A program made the translations under genes and the position numbers. A model generated the notes under the pieces. It was not told the DNA's origin and did no database searches. It saw nothing but the letters and a program-made list of their open reading frames with translations. This document shows, piece after piece, positions 30,601-49,400 of a stretch of DNA of 64,000 nt. Within the stretch, counting starts at the first letter, position 1, and each line of letters opens with the position of its first letter. Source of the DNA: Eledone cirrhosa (taxonomy: Eukaryota); assembly GCA_964016885.1 (NCBI GenBank), contig OZ024741.1:4526001-4590000 (forward strand), given 5' to 3'.

Positions 30601-33600
30601 ACTACCACTCTAAGACACCATACTACCAATCTAAGACACGATACTACCAATCTAAGATACTATACTACCATTCTAAGATACTATACTACCAATCTCAGAC
30701 ACTATACTACCAATCTAAGACACTATACTACCAATCTAAGACACTATACTACCAATCTAAGACACTATACTACCAATCTAAGACACTATACTCCCAATCT
30801 AAGACACTATACTACCAATCTAAGACACTATACTACCAATCTAAGACATGATACTACCAAGCTAAGACACGATACTACCAAGCTAAGACACCATACTACC
30901 TATCTAGGACACTATACTACCAATCTAAGACACTATACTACCAATCTAAGACACTATACTACCAATCTAAGACACCATACTACCAATCTAAGACACCATA
31001 CTACCAATCTAAGATACCATACTACCAATCTAAGACATTATACTACCAATCTAAGACACCATTCTACCAATCTAAGATACCATACTACCAATTGAAGACA
31101 CCATGCTACCAATCTAAGACACCATGCTACCAATCTAAGACACCATACTACCAATCTAGGACACTATACTACCAATCTAAGACTCCATACTACCAATCTA
31201 AGACACGATACTACCAATCTAAGACACGATACTACCAATATAAGACACCATGCTACCAATCTAAGACACACTACTACCAATCTAAGACACCATACTACCA
31301 ATCTAAGACACGATACTACCAAGCTAAGACACCATACTACCTATCTAGGACACTATACTACCAATCTAAGACACCATACTACCACTCTAAGACACTATAC
31401 TACCAATCTAAGACACTATACTACCAATCTAGGACACTATACTACCAATCTAAGACTCCATACTACCAATCTAAGACACGATACTACCAATCTAAGACAC
31501 GATACTACCAATCTAAGACACTATACTACCAATCTAAGACACCATGCTACCAATCTAAGACACACTACTACCAATCTAAGACACTATACTACCAATCTAA
31601 GATACTATACTACCAATCTAAGACACCATACTACCAATCTAAAACACTATACTACCAATCTAGGACACTATACTACCAATCTAGGACACTATACTACCAA
31701 TCTAAGACATGATACTACCAATTGAAGACACCATACTACCAATCAAAGACACTATACTACCAATCTAAGACACGATACTACCAATCTAAGACACTATACT
31801 ACCAATCTAAGACACTATACTACCAATCTAAGACACTATACTACCAATCTAAGACACTATACTACCAATCTAAGACACCATGCTACCAATCTAAGACACT
31901 ATACTACCAATCTAAGACACTATACTACCAATCTAGGATACTATGCTACCAATCTAAGACACCATACTACCAATCAAAGACACTATACTACCAATCAAAG
32001 ACACTATACTACCAATCTAAGACACTATACTACCAATCTAAGACACTATACTACCAATCTAAGACACGATACTACCAATCTAAGACACCATACTACCAAT
32101 CTAAGACACTATACTACCAATCTAGGACACTATACTACCAATCTAGGGCACTATACTACCAATCTAAGACATGATACTACCAATCTAAGACATGATACTA
32201 CCAATCTAAGACACCATACTACCAATCAAAGACACCATACTACCAATCAAAGACACTATACTACCAATCTAAGACACTATACTACCAATCTAAGACACTA
32301 CACTACCAATCTAAGACACTATACTACCACTCTAAGACACCATACTACCAATCTAAGACATTATACTACCAATCTAAGACACTATACTACCAATCTAAGA
32401 CACTATACTACCAATCTAAGACACAATACTACCAATCTAAGACACCATACTACCAATCTAAGACACCATACTACCAATCTAAGACACCATACTACCAATC
32501 TAAGACACCATACTACCAATCTAAGACACCATACTACCAATCTAAGACACCATACTACCAATCTAGGACACTATACTATCAATCTAAGACAATACTACCA
32601 ATCTAAGACACTATACTACCGATCTAAGACACTATACTACCAATCTAAGACAAGACACTACCAATCTAAGACACCATTCTCCAAATCTAAGACACGATAC
32701 TACCAATCTAAGACACCATACTACCAATCTAAGACACCATACTACCAATCTAAGACACCATACTACCAATCTAAGACACGATATACCAATCTAAGACACG
32801 ATACTACCAATCTAAGACACCATACTACCAATCTAAGACACGATACTACCAATCTAAGATACTATACTACCATTCTAAGACACTATACTACCATTCTAAG
32901 ACACTATACTACCAATCTAAGACACTATACTACCAATCTAAGACACGATACTACCAAGCTAAGACACCATACTACCTATCTAGGACACTATACTACCAAT
33001 CTAAGACACCATACTACCTCTCTAAGACACTATACTACCAATCTAAGACACGATACTATCACTCTAGGACACTATACTACCAATCTAAGACACCATACTA
33101 CCAATCTAAGACACCATACTACCAATCTAAGACATTATACTACCAATCTAAGACATTATACTACCAATCTAAGACACCATACTACCAATCTAAGACACCA
33201 TACTACCAATCTAAGACACCATACTACCAACCGAAGACACCATGCTACCAATCTAAGACACCATACTACCAATCTAAGACACCATACTACCAATCTAGGA
33301 CACCATACTACCAATCTAGGACACCATACTACCAATCTAGGACTCCATACTACCAATCTAAGACACGATACTACCAATCTAAGACACTATACTACCAATA
33401 TAAGACACCATGCTACCAATCTAAGACACACTACTACCAATCTAAGACACTATACTACCAATCTAACACACCATACTACCAATCTAGGATACTATGCTAC
33501 CAATCTAAGACACCATACTACCAATCAAAGACACTATACTACCAATCTAAGACACTATACTACCAATCTAAGACACGATACTACCAATCTAAGACACGAT

Positions 33601-34139
33601 ACTACCAATCTAAGACACCATACTACCAATCAAAGACACTATCCTACCAATCTAAGACAGCATACTACCAATCTAAGACACGATACTACCAATCTAAGAC
33701 ACTATACTACCAATCTAAGACACCATGCTACCAATCTAAGACACACTACTACCAATCTAAGACACTATACTACCAATCTAAGACACTATACTACCAATCT
33801 AGGATACTATGCTACCAATCTAAGACACTATACTACCAATCAAAGACACTATACTACCAATCTAAGACACTATACTATCAATCTAAGACACTATACTATC
33901 AATCTAAGACACTATACTACCAATCTTTGACACGATACTACCAATCTAAGACACCATACTACCAATCTAAGACACCATACTACCAATCTAAGACACCATA
34001 CTACCAATCTAGGACACTATACTACCAATCTAGGACACTATACTACCAATCTAAGACACCATACTACCAATCTAAGACACTATACTACCAATCTAAGACA
34101 CTATACTACCAATCTAAGACACGATACTACCAATCTAAG

Positions 34140-35080
34140 ACACCATACTACCAATCTAAGACACTATACTACCAATCTAAGATACTATACTACCAATCTA
34201 AGACACTATACTACCAATCTAAGACACTATACTACCAATCTAAGACACTATACTACCAATCTAAGACACTATACTACCAATCTAAGACACTATACTACCA
34301 ATCTAAGACACTATACTACCAATCTAAGACACCATACTACCAATCTAAGACATCATACTACCAATCTAAGACACTATACTACCAATCTAAGACAGAATAC
34401 TACCAATCTAAGACACTATACTACCAATCTAGGACACTATCCTACCAATCTAAGTCACCATATAACCAATCTAAGACATCAGACTACCAATCTAGGACAC
34501 TATACTACCAATCTAAGACACTATACTACCAATCTAAGACACTATACTACCAATCTAAGACACTATACTACCAATCTAAGACACGATACTACCAAGCTAA
34601 GACACCATACTACCAATCTAGGACACTATACTACCAATCTAAGACACCATACTACCACTCTAAGACACTATACTACCAATCTAAGACACCATACTACCAA
34701 TCTAAGACACTATACTACCAATCTAAGATACTATACTACCAATCTAAGACACTATACTACCAATCTAAGACACTATACTACCAATCTAAGACACTATACT
34801 ACCAATCTAAGACACTATACTACCAATCTAAGACACCATACTACCAATCTAAGACATCATACTACCAATCTAAGACACTATACTACCAATCTAAGACAGA
34901 ATACTACCAATCTAAGACACTATACTACCAATCTAGGACACTATCCTACCAATCTAAGTCACCATATAACCAATCTAAGACATCAGACTACCAATCTAAG
35001 CCACTATACTACCAATCTAAGACACTATACTACCAATCTAAGACACTATACTACCAATCTAAGACACGATACTACCAATC
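34140..35080. repeat. 504-bp (24-monomer) tandem duplication
   Basis: CATCAT at 34351/34855, followed by CAGAAT and the TATCCT-AAGTCA-CATCAG cassette, all repeated at offset 504. Confidence 0.8.
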
Positions 35081-38000
35081 TAAGACACCATGCTACCAAT
35101 CTAGGACACTATACTACCAATCTTTGACACGATACTACCAATCTAAGACACCATACTACCAATCTAAGACACCATACTACCAATCTAGGACACTATACTA
35201 CCAATCTAGGACACTATACTACCAATCTAAGACATGATACTACCAATCTAAGACATGATAGTACCAATCTAAGACACCATACTACCAATCTAAGACACTA
35301 TACTACCAATCAAAGACACTATACAACCAATCAAAGACACTATACTACCAATCTAGGACACTATACTACCAATCTAAGACACGATACTACCAATCTAAGA
35401 CACCATACTACCAATCTAAGACACTATACTACCACTCTAAGACACCATACTACCAATCTAAGACATTATGCTACCAATCTAAGACACTATACTACCAATC
35501 TAAGACACCATACTACCAATCTAAGACACCATACTACCAATCTAAGACACCATACTACCAATCTAAGACACCATACTACCAATCTAAGACACCATACTAC
35601 CAATCTAAGACACAATACTACCAATCTAAGACACCATACTACCAATCTAAGACACTATACTACCAATCTAGGACACTATACTACCAATCTAGGACACTAT
35701 ACTACCAATCTAAGACATGATACTACCAATCTAAGACACGATACTACCAATCAAAGACACTATACTACCAATCTAAGACACCATACTACCAATCTAAGAC
35801 ACGATACTACCAATCTAAGACACTATACTACCAATCTAAGACACCATGCTACCAATCTAAGACACACTACTACCAATCTAAGACACTATACTACCAATCT
35901 AAGACACTATACTACCAATCTAGGATATTATGCTACCAATCTAAGACACCATACTACCAATCAAAGACACCATGCTACCAATCTAAGACACCATACTACC
36001 AATCTAAGACACCATACTACCAATCTAGGACACTATACTACCAATCTAAGACTCCATACTACCAATCTAAGACACGATACTACCAATCTAAGACACGATA
36101 CTACCAATCTAAGACACTATACTACCAATCTAAGACACCATGCTACCAATCTAAGACACGCTACTACCAATCTAAGACACTATACTACCAATCTAAGACA
36201 CCATACTACCAATCTAAGACACTATACTACTAATCTAGGACACTATACTACCAATCTAGGACACTATACTACCAATCTAAGACATGATACTACCAATCTA
36301 AGACACCATACTACCAATCAAAGACACTATACTACCAATCTAAGACACCATACTACCAATCTAAGACACGATACTACCAATCTAAGACACTATACTACCA
36401 ATCTAAGACACCATGCTACCAATCTAAGACACACTACTACCAATCTAAGACACACTACTACCAATCTAAGACACTATACTACCAATCTAAGACACTATAC
36501 TACCAATCTAGGATACTATGCTACCAATCTAAGACACCATTCTACCAATCAAAGACACCATACTACCAATCTAAGACACTATACTACCAATCTAAGACAC
36601 GATACTACCAATCTAAGACACGATACTACCAATCTAAGACATGATACTACCAATCTAAGACATGATACTACCAATCTAAGACACCATACTATCAATCTAA
36701 GACACCATACTATCAATCTAAGACACCATACTACCAATCTAAGACACCATACTACCAATCTAAGACACCATACTACCAATCTAGGACACTATACTACCAA
36801 TCTAGGACATGATACTACGAATCTAAGACACCATACTACCAATCAAAGACACTATACTACCAATCTAAGACACTATACTACCAATCTAGGACACTATACT
36901 ACCGATCTAAGACACGATACTACCAATCTAAGACACCATACTACCAATCTAAGACACTATACTACCAATCTAAGACACTATACTACCACTCTAAGACACC
37001 ATACTACCAATCTAAGACATTATACTACCAATCTAAGACACTATACTACCAATCTAAGACACAATACTACCAATCTAAGACACAATACTACCAATCTAAG
37101 ACACCATACTACCAATCTAAGACACCATACTACCAATCTAAGACACCATACTACCAATCTAAGACACCATACTACCAATATAGGACACTATACTATCAAT
37201 CTAAGACAATACTACCAATCTAAGACACTATACTACCGATCTAAGACTATACTACCAATCTAAGACAAGACACTACCAATCTAAGACACCATTCTCCAAA
37301 TCTAAGACACGATACTACCAATCTAAGACACCATACTACCAATCTAAGACACCATACTACCAATCTAAGACACCATACTACCAATCTAAGACACGATACT
37401 ACCACTCTAAGACACCATACTACCACTCTAAGACACCATACTACCACTCTAAGACACCATACTACCACTCTAAGACACTATACTACCAATCTAAGACACT
37501 ATACTACCAATCTAAGACACTATACTACCAATCTAAGACACTATACTACCAATCTAAGACACTATACTACCAAGCTAAGACACTATACTACCAATCTAAG
37601 ACACTATACTACCAATCTAAGACACCATACTACCAATCTAAGATACCATACTACCAATCTAAGACACCATACTACCAATCGAAGACACCATACTACCAAT
37701 CGAAGACACCATACTACCAATCGAAGACACCATGCTACCAATCTAAGACACGATACTACCAATCTAAGACACAATACTACCACTCTAAGACACGATACTA
37801 CCAATCTAAGACACTATACTACCAATATAAGACACCATGCTACCAATCTAAGACACACTACTACCAATCTAAGACACCATACTACCAATCTAGGATACTA
37901 TGCTACCAATCTAAGACACCATACTACGAATCAAAGACACTATACTACCAATCTAAGACACTACCAATCTAAGACACTATACTACCAATCTAAGACACTA

Positions 38001-41000
38001 TACTACCAATCTAAGACACGATACTACCAATCTAAGACACTATACTATCAATCTAAGACACCATACTACCAATCTAAGACACTATACTATCAATCTAAGA
38101 CACCATACTACCAATCTAAGACACTATACTACCAATCTAAGACACCATACTACCAATCAAAGACACTATACTATCAATCTAAGACACCATACTACCAATC
38201 TAAGACACTATACTACCAATCTAAGACACCATGCTACCAATCTAAGACACACTACTACCAATCTAAGACACTATACTACCAATCTAAGACACTATACTAC
38301 CAATCTAAGACACTATACTACCAATCTAGGATACTATGCTACCAATCTAAGACACCATACTACCAATCAAAGACACTATACTACCAATCTAAGACACTAT
38401 ACTACCAATCTAAGACACTATACTACCAATCTTTGACACGATACTACCAATCTAAGACACGATACTACCAATCTAAGACACCATACTACCAATCTAGGAC
38501 ACTATACTACCAATCTAGGACACTATACTACCAATCTAAGACATGATACTACCAATCTAAGACATGATAGTACCAATCTAAGACACCATACTACCAATCT
38601 AAGACACTATACTACCAATCAAAGACACTATACTACCAATCTAGGACACTATACTACCAATCTAAGACACGATACTACCAATCTAAGACACCATACTACC
38701 AATCTAAGACACTATACTACCAATCTAAGACACTATACTACCACTCTAAGACACTACACTACCAATCTAAGACACTATACTACCACTCTAAGACACCATA
38801 CTACCAATCTAAGACATTATGCTACCAATCTAAGACACTATACTACCAATCTAAGACACCATACTACCAATCTAAGACACCATACTACCAATCTAAGACA
38901 CCATACTACCAATCTAAGACACCATACTACCAATCTAAGACACAATACTACCAATCTAAGACACCATACTACCAATCTAAGACACTATACTACCAATCTA
39001 GGACACTATACTACCAATCTAGGACACTATACTACCAATCTAAGACATGATACTACCAATCTAAGACACGATACTACCAATCAAAGACACTATACTACCA
39101 ATCTAAGACACCATACTACCAATCTAAGACACGATACTACCAATCTAAGACACAATACTACCAATCTAAGACACCATGCTACCAATCTAAGACACACTAC
39201 TACCAATCTAAGACACTATACTACCAATCTAAGACACTATACTACCAATCTAGGATATTATGCTACCAATCTAAGACACCATACTACCAATCAAAGACAC
39301 TATACTACCAATCTCAGACACTATACTACCAATCTAAGACACTATACTACCAATCTAAGACACGATACTACCAATCTAAGACACGATACTACCAATCTAA
39401 GACACGATACTACCAATCTAAGACACCATACTACCAATCTAAGACACCATACTACCAATCTAGGACACTATACTACCAATCTAGGACACTATACTACCAA
39501 TCTAAGACACCATACTACCAATCTAAGACACCATACTACCAATCTAAGACACCATACTACCAATCTAAGACACCATACTACCAATCTAAGACACCATACT
39601 ACCAATCTAAGACACCATACTACCAATCTAAGACACCATACTACCAATCTGAGACACCATGCTACCAATCTAAGACACTATACTACCACTCAAAGACACT
39701 ATACTACCAATCTAAGACACTATACTACCAATCTAGGACACTATGCTACCAATCTAAGACACAATACTACCAATCTAAGACACCATACTACCAATCTAAG
39801 ACACTATACTACCAATCTAAGACGCGATACTACCAATCTAAGACACCATACTACCAATCTAAGACACCATACTACCAATCTAAGATACTATACTACCAAT
39901 CTAAGACACTATACTACCAATCTACAACATATTACCAATCTAAGACACCATACTACCAATCTAAGACACCATACTACCAATCTAAGACACCATACTACCA
40001 ATCTAAGACACTATACTACCAATCTAAGACACTATACTACCAATCTAAGACGCGATACTACCAATCTAAGACGCCATACTACCAATCTAAGATACTATAC
40101 TACCAATCTAAGACACTATACTACCAATCTAGGACACCATACCAATCTAAGACACGATACTACCAACCTAAGATACTATACTACCAATCTAAGACACTAT
40201 ACTACCAATCTAAGACAACATACTACCAATCTAAGACAACATACTACCAATCTAAGACAACATACTACCAATCTAAGACACCATAATACCAATCTAGGAC
40301 ACTATCCTACCAATCTAAGTCACCATATAACCAATCTAAGAGATCAAACTACCAATCTAAGACACTATACTACCAATCTAAGACACTATACTACCAATCT
40401 AAGACACTATACTACCAATCTAAGACGCGATACTACCAAGCTAAGACACCATACTACCAATCTAGGACACTATACTACCAATCTAAGACACGATACTACC
40501 AATCTAAGACACGATACTACCAATCTAAGACACCATGCTACCAATCTAGGACACTATACTACCAATCTAGGACACTATACTAACAATCTAAGACACTATA
40601 CTACCACTCTAAGACACTATACTACCACTCTAAGACACTATACTACCACTCTAAGACACTATACTACCACTCTAAGACACTATACTACCAATCTAAGACA
40701 CTATACTACCAATCTAAGACACTATACTACCAATCTAAGACACTATACTACCAATCTAAGACACAATACTATCACTCTAGGACACTATACTACCAATCCA
40801 AGACACCATACTACCAATCTAAGACACTATACTACCAATCCAAGACACCTTACTACCAATCTAAGACACCATACTACCAATCTAAGACACCATACTACCA
40901 ATCTAAGACATTATACTACCAATCTAAGACACCATACTACCAATCTAAGACACCATACTACCAATCTAACATACCATACTACCAATCTAAGATACCATAC

Positions 41001-43419
41001 TACCAATCTAAGACACCATACTACCAATCGAAGACACCATGCTACCAATCTAAGACACCATACTACCAATCTAAGACACCATACTACCAATCTAAGACAC
41101 CATACTACCAATCTAGGACACTATACTACCAATCTAAGACTCCATACTACCAATCTAAGACACTATACTACCAATCTAAGACACCATACTACCAATCTAA
41201 GACACTATACTACCAATCTAGGACACTATACTACCAATCTAGGACACTATACTACCAATCTAAGACATGATACTACCAATCTAAGACACCATACTACCAA
41301 TCAAAGACACTATACTACCAATCAAAGACACTATACTACCAATCTAAGACACCATACTACCAATCTAAGACACGATACTACCAATCTAAGACACGATACT
41401 ACCAATCTAAGACACCATACTACCAATCTAAGACACCATACTACCAATCTAAGACACCATACTACCAATCTAAGACACCATACTACCAATCTAAGACACC
41501 ATACTACCAATCTAAGACACCATACTACCAATCTAGGACACTATACTACCAATCTAGGACACTATACTACCAATCTAGGACACTATACTACCAATCTAAG
41601 ACATGATACTACCAATCTAAGACACCATACTACCAATCAAAGACACTATACTACCAATCTAAGACACCATGCTATCAATCTAAGACACCATACTACCAAT
41701 CTAAGACGCACTACTACCAATCTAAGACACTATACTACCAATCTAGGATACTATGCTACCAATCTAAGACACCATACTACCAATCAAAGACACTATACTA
41801 CCAATCTAAGACACTATACTACCAATCTAAGACACGATACTACCAATCTAAGACACGATACTACCAATCTAAGACACCATACTACCAATCTAAGACACCA
41901 TACTACCAATCTAACACCATACTACCAATCTAAGACACCATACTACCAATCTAGGACACTATACTACCAATCTAGGACACTATACTACCAATCTAAGACA
42001 TGATAATACCAATCTAAGACACCATACTACCAATCAAAGACACTATACTACCAATCTAAGACACTATACTACCAATCTAGGACACTATACTACCGATCTA
42101 AGACACGATACTACCAATCTAAGACACCATACTACCAATCTAAGACACTATACTACCAATCTAAGACTCTATACTACCAATCTAAGACACCATACTACCA
42201 ATCTAAGACACCATACTACCAATCTAAGACACCATACTACCAATCTAAGACACCATACTACCAATCTAAGACACCATACTACCAATCTAAGACACCATAC
42301 TACCAATCTAAGACACCATACTACCAATATAGGACACTATACTATCAATCTAAGACAATACTACCAATCTAAGACACTATACTACCGATCTAAGACACTA
42401 TACTACCAATCTAAGACAAGACACTACCAATCTAAGACACCATTCTCCAAATCTAAGACACGATACTACCACTCTAAGACACCATACTACCAATCTAAGA
42501 CACTATACTACCAATCTAAGACACCATACTACCAATATAGGACACTATACTATCAATCTAAGACAATACTACCAATCTAAGACACTATACTACCGATCTA
42601 AGACACTATACTACCAATCTAAGACACCATTCTCCAAATCTAAGACACCATTCTCCAAATCTAAGACACGATACTACCACTCTAAGACACCATACTACCA
42701 ATCTAAGATACCATACTACCAATCTAAGACACCATACTACCAATCGAAGACACCATGCTACCAATCTAAGACACGATACTACCAATCTAAGACACTATAC
42801 TACCAATATAAGACACCATGCTACCAATCTAAGACACACTACTACCAATCTAAGATACTATACTACCAATCTAAGACACCATACTACCAATCAAAGACAC
42901 TATTCTACCAATCTAAGACACTACCAATCTAAGACACTATACTACCAATCTAAGACACGATACTACCAATCTAAGACACCATACTACCAATCAAAGACAC
43001 TATACTATCAATCTAAGACACCATACTACCAATCTAAGACACGATACTACCAATCTAAGACACTATACTACCAATCTAAGACGCCATGCTACCAATCTAA
43101 GACACACTACTACCAATCTAAGACACTATACTACCAATCTAAGACACTATACTACCAATCTAGGATACTATGCTACCAATCTAAGACACCATACTACCAA
43201 TCAAAGACACTATACTACCAATCTAAGACACTATACTACCAATCTAAGACACTATACTACCAATCTAAGACACTATACTACCAATCTAAGACACTATACT
43301 ACCAATCTTTGACACCATACTACCAATCTAAGACACCATACTACCAATCTAAGACACCATACTACCAATCTAGGACACTATACTACCAATCTAGGACACT
43401 ATACTACCAATCTAAGACA

Positions 43420-46400
43420 TGATACTACCAATCTAAGACATGATACTACCAATCTAAGACATGATACTACCAATCTAAGACATGATACTACCAATCTAAG
43501 ACATGATACTACCAATCTAAGACACCATACTACCAATCTAGGACACTATACTACCAATCTAAGACACGATACTACCAATCTAAGACACCATACTACCAAT
43601 CTAAGACACTATACTACCAATCTAAGACACTATACTACCACTCTAAGACACTACACTACCAATCTAAGACACTATACTACCACTCTAAGACACCATACTA
43701 CCAATCTAAGACATTATGCTACCAATCTAAGACATTATGCTACCAATCTAAGACACTATACTACCAATCTAAGACACAATACTACCAATCTAAGACACCA
43801 TACTACCAATCTAAGACACCATACTACCAATCTAAGACACAATACTACCAATCTAAGACACCATACTACCAATCTAAGACACCATACTACCAATCTAGGA
43901 CACTATACTACCAATCTAGGACACTATACTACCAATCTAAGACATGATACTACCAATCTAAGACACCATACTACCAATCAAAGACACTATACTACCAATC
44001 TAAGACACCATACTACCAATCTAAGACACGATACTACCAATCTAAGACACTATACTACCAATCTAAGACACTATGCTACCAATCTAAGACACACTACTAC
44101 CAATCTAAGACACTATACTACCAATCTAAGACACTATACTACCAATCTAGGATATTATGCTACCAATCTAAGACACCATACTACCAATCAAAGACACTAT
44201 ACTACCAATCTCAGACACTATACTACCAATCTCAGACACTATACTACCAATCTAAGACACTATACTGCCAATCTAAGACACTATACTACCAATCTAAGAC
44301 ACGATACTACCAATCTAAGACACGATAATACCAATCTAAGACACGATACTACCAATCTAGGACACGATACTACCAATCTAGGACACTATACTACCAATCT
44401 AGGACACTATACTACCAATCTAGGACACTATACTACCAATCTAAGACACGATACTACCAATCTAAGACACGATACTACCAATCTAAGACACCATACTACC
44501 AACCTAGGACACTATACTATCAATCTAAGACAATACTACCAATCTAAGACACTATACTTCCGATCTAAGACACTATACTACCAATCTAAGACACCATACT
44601 ACCAATCTAAGACACGATACTACCAATCTAAGACATTATACTACCAATCTAAGACACCATTCTCCAAATCTAAGACACCATACTACCAATCTAAGACACG
44701 ATACTACCACTCTAAGACACCATACTACCAATCTAAGACACGATACTACCAATCTAAGACACTATACTACCAATCTAAGACACTATACTACCAATCTAAG
44801 ACACTATACTACCAATCTAAGACACCATACTACCAATCTAAGACATCATACTACCAATCTAAGACACCATACTACCAATCTAAGACATCAGACTACCAAT
44901 CTAAGACACTATACTACCAATCTAAGACACTATACTACCAATCTAAGACACTATACTACCAATCTAAGACACTATACTACCAATCTAAGACACTATACTA
45001 CCAATCTAAGACACTATACTACCAATCTAAGACACTATACTACCAATCTAAGACACTATACTACCAATCTAAGACACGATACTACCAAGCTAAGACACCA
45101 TACTACCAATCTAGGACACTATACTACCAATCTAAGACACGATACTACCACTCTAAGACACCATACTACCAATCTAAGACATTATGCTACCAATCTAAGA
45201 CACTATACTACCAATCTAAAACACAATACTACCAATCTAAGACACCATACTACCAATCTAAGATACCATACTACCAATCTAAGACACCATACTACCAATC
45301 TAAGATACGATACTACCAATCTAAGACACCATACTACCAATCTAAGACACCATACTACCAATCTAAGATACGATACTACCAATCTAAGACACCATACTAC
45401 CAATCTAAGACACCATACTACCAATCTAAGACACCATACTACCAATCTAAGACACTATACTACCAATCTAAGACGCCATGCTACCAATCTAAGACACACT
45501 ACTACCAATCTAAGACACTATACTACCAATCTAAGACACTATACTACCAATCTAGGATATTATGCTACCAATCTAAGACACCATACTACCAATCAAAGAC
45601 ACTATACTACCAATCTCAGACACTATACTACCAATCTAAGACACTATACTACCAATCTAAGACACGATACTACCAATCTAAGACACGATACTACCAATCT
45701 AAGACACCATACTACCAATCTAGGACACTATACTACCAATCTAGGACACTATACTACCAATCTAAGACATGATACTACCAATCTAAGACACCATACTACC
45801 AATCAAAGACACTATACTACCAATCTAAGACACTATACTACCAATCTAGGACACTATACTACCAATCTAAGACACGATACTACCAATCTAAGACACGATA
45901 CTACCAATCTAAGACACCATACTACCAATCTAGGACACTATACTATCAATCTAAGACAATACTACCAATCTAAGACACTATACTACCGATCTAAGACACT
46001 ATACTACCAATCTAAGACAAGACACTACCAATCTAAGACACCATTCTCCAAATCTAAGACACCATACTACCAATCTAAGACATTATACTACCAATCTAAG
46101 ACACCATGCTACCAATCTAGGACACCATGCTACCAATCTAGGACACCATGCTACCAATCTAGGACACTATACTACCAATCTAAGACACTATACTACCAAT
46201 CTAAGACTATACTACCAATCGAAGACACCATACTACCAATCTAAGACATTATACTACCAATCTAAGACACCATGCTACCAATCTAGGACACCATGCTACC
46301 AATCTAGGACACTATACTACCAATCTAAGACACTATACTACCAATCTAAGACACCATACTACCAATCTAAGACAGCATACTACCAATCTAGGACACTATA

Positions 46401-49400
46401 CTACCAATCTAAGACTCCATACTACCAATCTAAGACACGATACTACCAATCTAAGACACTATACTACCAATATAAGACACCATGCTACCAATCTAAGACA
46501 CACTACTACCAATCTAAGACACTATACTACCAATCTAAGACACCATACTACCAATCTAGGATACTATGCTACCAATCTAAGACACCATACTACCAATCAA
46601 AGACACTATCGTACCAATCTAAGACACTACCAATCTAAGACACGATACTACCAATCTAAGACACCATACTACCAATCAAAGACACCATACTACCAATCAA
46701 AGACACCATACTACCAATCTAAGACACGATACTACCAATCTAAGACACTATACTACCAATATAAGACACCATGCTACCAATCTAAGACACACTACTACCA
46801 ATCTAAGACACTATACTACCAATCTAAGACACCATACTACCAATCTAGGATACTATGCTACCAATCTAAGACACCATACTACCAATCAAAGACACTATCG
46901 TACCAATCTAAGACACTACCAATCTAAGACACTATACTACCAATCTAGGATACTATGCTACCAATCTAAGACACCATACTACCAATCAAAGACACTATAC
47001 TACCAATCTAAGACACTATACTACCAATCTAAGACACTATACTACCAATCTAAGACACTATACTACCAATCTTTGACACGATACTACCAATCTAAGACAC
47101 CATACTACCAATCTAAGACACCATACTACCAATCTAGGACACTATACTACCAATCTAGGACACTATACTACCAATCTAAGACATGATACTACCAATCTAA
47201 GACACCATACTACCAATCAAAGACACTATACTACCAATCTAAGACACTATACTACCAATCTAGGACACTATACTACCAATCTAAGACACGATACTACCAA
47301 TCTAAGACACCATACTACCAATCTAAGACACTATACTACCAATCTAAGACACTATACTACCAATCTAAGACACTATACTACCAATCTAAGACACTATACT
47401 ACCAATCTAAGACACTATACTACCACTCTAAGACACTACACTACCAATCTAAGACACTATACTACCAATCTAAGACACGATACTACCAAGCTAAGACACC
47501 ATACTACCAATCTATGACACCATACTACCAATCTAAGACACCATACTACCACTCTAAGACACTATACTACCAATCTAAGACATCATACTACCAATCTAGG
47601 ACACTATACTATCAATCTAAGACAATACTACCAATCTAAGACACTATACTACCGATCTAAGACACTATACTACCAATCTAAGACAAGACACTACCAATCT
47701 AAGACACCATTCTCCTAATCTAAGACACGATGCTACCAATCTAAGACACCATACTACCACTCTACGACACCATACTACCACTCTAAGACACCATACTACC
47801 AATCTAAGACACGATACTACCAATCTAAGACACCATACTACCAATCTAAGACACGATACTACCAATCTAAGACACGATACTACCACTCTAAGACACCATA
47901 CTACCAATCTAAGACACTATACTACCAATCTAAGTTACTATACTACCAATCTAAGACACTATACTACCAATCTAAGACACCATACTACCAATCTAAGACA
48001 CCATACTACCAATCTAAGACACCATACTACAAATCTAAGACACCATACTACAAATCTAAGACACCATACTACCAATCTAAGACACCATACTTCCAATCTA
48101 AGACACTATTCTACCAATCTAAGACACTATACTACCACTCAAAGACACTATACTACCAATCTAAGACACTATACTACCAATCTAGGACACTATGCTACCA
48201 ATTTAAGACATGATACTACCAATATAAGACACCATACTACCAATCTAAGACACCATACTACCACTCTAAGACACCATACTACCAATCTAAGACACCATAC
48301 TACCAATCTAAGATACTATACTACCAATCTAAGATACTATACTACCAATCTAAGACACTATACTACCAATCTAGGACAACACACTACCAATCTAAGACAC
48401 CATACTACCGATCTAAGACACCATACTACCAATCTAAGACATGATACTACCAATCTAAGACATGATACTACCAATCTAAGACATGATACTACCAATCTAA
48501 GACATGATACTACCAATCTAAGACACCATACTACCAATCAAAGACACTATACTACCAATCTAGGACACTATACTACCAATCTAAGACACGATACTACCAA
48601 TCTAAGACACCATACTACCAATCTAAGACACTATACTACCAATCTAAGACACTATACTACCACTCTAAGACACTACACTACCAATCTAAGACACTATACT
48701 ACCACTCTAAGACACCATACTACCAATCTAAGACATTATGCTACCAATCTAAGACACTATACTACCAATCTAAGACACAATACTACCAATCTAAGACACC
48801 ATACTACCAATCTAAGACACCATACTACCAATCTAAGACACCATACTACCAATCTAAGACACCATACTACCAATCTAAGACACAATACTACCAATCTAAG
48901 ACACCATACTACCAATCTAAGACACTATACTACCAATCTAGGACACTATACTACCAATCTAGGACACTATACTACCAATCTAAGACATGATACTACCAAT
49001 CTAAGACACCATACTACCAATCAAAGACACTATACTACCAATCTAAGACACCATACTACCAATCTAAGACACGATACTACCAATCTAAGACACTATACTA
49101 CCAATCTAAGACACTATGCTACCAATCTAAGACACACTACTACCAATCTAAGACACTATACTACCAATCTAAGACACTATACTACCAATCTAGGATATTA
49201 TGCTACCAATCTAAGACACCATACTACCAATCAAAGACACTATACTACCAATCTCAGACACTATACTACCAATCTCAGACACTATACTACCAATCTAAGA
49301 CACTATACTGCCAATCTAAGACACTATACTACCAATCTAAGACACGATAATACCAATCTAAGACACGATAATACCAATCTAAGACACGATACTACCAATC

